Shown here one piece after another: positions 61,280-64,000 of a stretch of 64,000 nucleotides of DNA (within the stretch, counting starts at the first letter, position 1; each line of letters begins with the position of its first letter). A model generated the notes under the pieces. The model was given only the letters and a program-made list of their open reading frames with translations. It was not told the origin of the DNA and searched no databases. The translations under genes and the position numbers were made by a program. The DNA is from Phallusia mammillata (taxonomy: Eukaryota). The DNA is taken from contig OZ281494.1 of the NCBI GenBank assembly GCA_965637545.1, positions 12,338,001 to 12,402,000 of the forward strand. The letters are read 5' to 3'.

Positions 61280-62996
61280 TTATGGATCAGGGTTAGTATT
61301 TTGAATTATAACTTTCTCATGTTGGGGATATTCTGAAAGCAGAAAGCTTCTTGTTGGAACTTGTACGTGTGCAAACACATGTTCTCGGATAACAACAGAT
61401 GAGAGTAAAACGTAAGATCCAGGACGTTGATGTTTCAGTCTCGTCACAATGTAATGCTCTATACGTAAAAAGTGATTTTGTCAGTTTATTACAATGAATC
61501 TTATTGGTAACTAACTTAGCCCAGAACCTGGAGATTCGTTGCGCTTAGGTTGATTTTCTAAATCGCCTATTTGGCTTATTTTTTCTTTTTTTAACAATTA
61601 TAGTTTTTCAGCTAATATAGGCTCGTTTAAATACATTTTTTATTAAATTTTCGGGACCACTTAGTTATTGCATAAAAATGAATTTAGCGCCCTACAACTG
61701 CTTTATTAATGTTTACGACATGCGACTCGATTTAAATTGTAATAGTTTGTTGATGTGACAATTTAAAAGTAAAAATGAGTTAAAACCACTATATCTGTTT
61801 GTATAAACTGTAAACTATGGGGAAAATGTTGGACTAATGTCTACCTCTTGGCACGACCACAACGAACCCATCGTCTTGACGTGGCCCAATCTTGTATGTT
61901 GTCATGTTCCCGCTTACTGGCTCAATGACGTATATTATGGCGGGAGTTCCCCGAATAAAGGTTATTGCCTCCAAGCCAGGAAGGTTGTGGAAAACAGTTT
62001 TTGTTTCTCTCTAAACAAAACACGTTTAAACGCAGCGAAAACCTCAAATGGACAAAGTGCGATGCACGAATACCCGTAATCAGAGGTGTAGTAAAAAAAA
62101 TGTTACCGTCACAAAAAATATTTAGGTGCAACGATAACGGGATGTCACCAAGTGTTTTGTCATACTTATATTGTTAAAACAAACGCTAAACTTCAAATCG
62201 TTTTGCTTAATTAATTATCTTGGAAAGAGAAGGCCAGACAAGACGTGCCTACATCCCAAATGACGTCACTCTAGCCAAGTGTTTTTAAACCTTTTTAGGT
62301 CTCAGACTTAATTTGCCTCAGAATACGTTTTGTGGACTACATAACTGAGAAGTAATGAAAACAGTAGAAACTTAAAATAGATGCACTATATCGTAACATA
62401 GTTGTGGCTGTGTTTTCTGCCGTAGTTGAATTTACCGAGAGGTAAACGTAGACAGTTGAAATAGTTAAAGTCCCGTTGGTTGAATCTGAAACGTTGCCGA
62501 CATTTTCAATCGACGCATGAATGACTGAAAATACTCCGCCAACTGGATTTGGAATCCATTGCCGGCCTGCCAAACCTCTTAGCGGACCCTGTATAAAAAC
62601 CATGGTCAATTGAGTGTTTATGAGACATTTCAAAGGTTTTGACTCGTAAGTTTCTTAGTTTGTTTTATTTTTTAAACAAACATTAAAATTCCATACCCCA
62701 CGAATATTTAAACTCATCTCAAATTAAAATTCATTGTCGCTGGTTGTTTACAAATTCTGTTGTGTTTCATATTCAAAGGGCGGCCTTATCGTAACAATAA
62801 TTTTGTGATTATATACATTTTATTCTTTCTTACAAACAACAAATTTACAGGTTTTAACACACGATTTGGACTTTTTCGTTAATGTATAGTGCCCACAATA
62901 AATTTATCGAAAAAAGTTACTTACTGTAAATTGTGGACTAGATGGAGAAATCCACAGAATAAAGCACGAAGTCGCAAGAAGCACCGAAGCTTTCAT
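61280..62996 (-). CDS. Unrecognised small protein with a signal-peptide-like N-terminus (about 200 aa, 5 predicted exons)
   Basis: Exons 62996-62925 (MKASVLLATSCFILWISPSSPQFT), 62588-62436, 62010-61845, 61557-61528 and 61458-61280 have GT-AG boundaries, compatible phases and no internal stops. The last two exons are less certain. Confidence 0.6.
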
Positions 62997-64000
62997 CCTT
63001 CCAGAGTAACAATCAGAGTAACGACTGGACATCAAGTTTTGCCCACGAAGAAACACATGAAGCATCATATGGGGGTTACCCCTTCGTGACGAATGCCGAC
63101 GTCATTTTAGCGACAGAATCTTCAGACATTAGGCTGAGCGCTGAAGTCGATTTATCACGATTTAAACTTTTCTTTCTCGTGTCCTTTTTAAGGCTTCCAC
63201 TACCGGGAATTCAAGGTTGGTGACATGAATTGACAATAAATCACTGAGCATTTAGATTAGTACACAAAAATGTTTTGCATTGTCCAGGAAATCGTGTTTT
63301 TTCTCACGTACTTCTATAGTATAACTTTTCACGTTCTGAGCTGCATGCTGTGCATTCGGGTTTATCACGTGTTACAAGCCTCCCACAACGGCTTTTTGCG
63401 TGAATACGGACGCCGGTTCACATAGCTGGGTTGGAATCTTTCAATGGACTTTTTGTATTCATGTTTTTTAATGATATTGGTTAAAGACAATGCATGATAT
63501 GTAATATGTGTTTTGACAAAATGACGTCAATTTGTTTTTCCATGAAAAATATGCAACATTTGGTAAACCAGAGTGTTTTTTTTCAAAAGTCTATTGTGGA
63601 AACTAAATATTTTCGTGGCGTACCATCGACCAAGCAGGAAAACTGTGTCAAAGACCTTGACAGGTTCTGTATCAAACTTCCCCGTTCCCTTCAACACGAA
63701 ATCGCCCCGATTTGTCAGTTATTTTACCATTATCCGATGAGCAAACAACGAACGCTCCCACAATAAGTGATACGGGTTTTCCGATTGCTTGTCAACAAGA
63801 CCTGAGTACACAGAAGCGGGGTGACTAACCAGGACGAACTATGTGGGTCAGAACGAACCGGGAGTAGATATCTTTACACCTGAAAAGACCTGAACTGGGA
63901 CAAGGGACCTGAAAAGTTGAAATGAGTTCGTTTGGGTTCTTTTTGCCGTCAACTTTTATGGCGTAGTCTTTGGGTGATGTGTTGCAATACAAAGAGGATT

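Noticed and set aside
63080-64000. Possible exons of a further - strand gene at the window end
   Set aside because: Short open frames exist, but the implied introns are implausibly short or the acceptors weak, and no homology was recognised.
1-64000. CRISPR arrays, tRNA/rRNA genes and prokaryotic operons
   Set aside because: None seen. The repeats present are TIR/TSD transposons and foldbacks, and the gene structure is spliceosomal.

Overview
AT-rich eukaryotic (animal) genomic DNA with many very short (about 50-80 bp) GT-AG introns, which suggests a compact invertebrate chordate such as an ascidian (inference only). From left to right the window holds: a FoxN2/3 forkhead gene (-); a cluster of MFS transporters; an EML/EMAP gene (-) with two candidate first exons; and an unrecognised small, probably secreted, protein gene (-). 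The transporter cluster comprises three multi-exon SLC22 genes (-), two SLC49A3/MFSD7 genes with intronless coding regions (+) and one chimeric SLC49A3 pseudogene. An [SLC22 <- -> SLC49A3] head-to-head cassette is tandemly duplicated. Introns and intergenic DNA carry many DNA transposons with readable TIRs and TSDs, including several nested insertions, a P-element/THAP9-like remnant and a Ty3/Gypsy fragment. The most unusual signals are a foldback element with a perfect Maf/Nrf2-type site (TGCTGACTCAGCA) at its centre inside the SLC22 introns, the chimeric pseudogene with an inverted SLC22 fragment, and a 7-kb nest in which transposons have inserted into other transposons' termini just upstream of SLC49A3 copy 2. 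All exon structures and counts were read by eye and no database searches were run.
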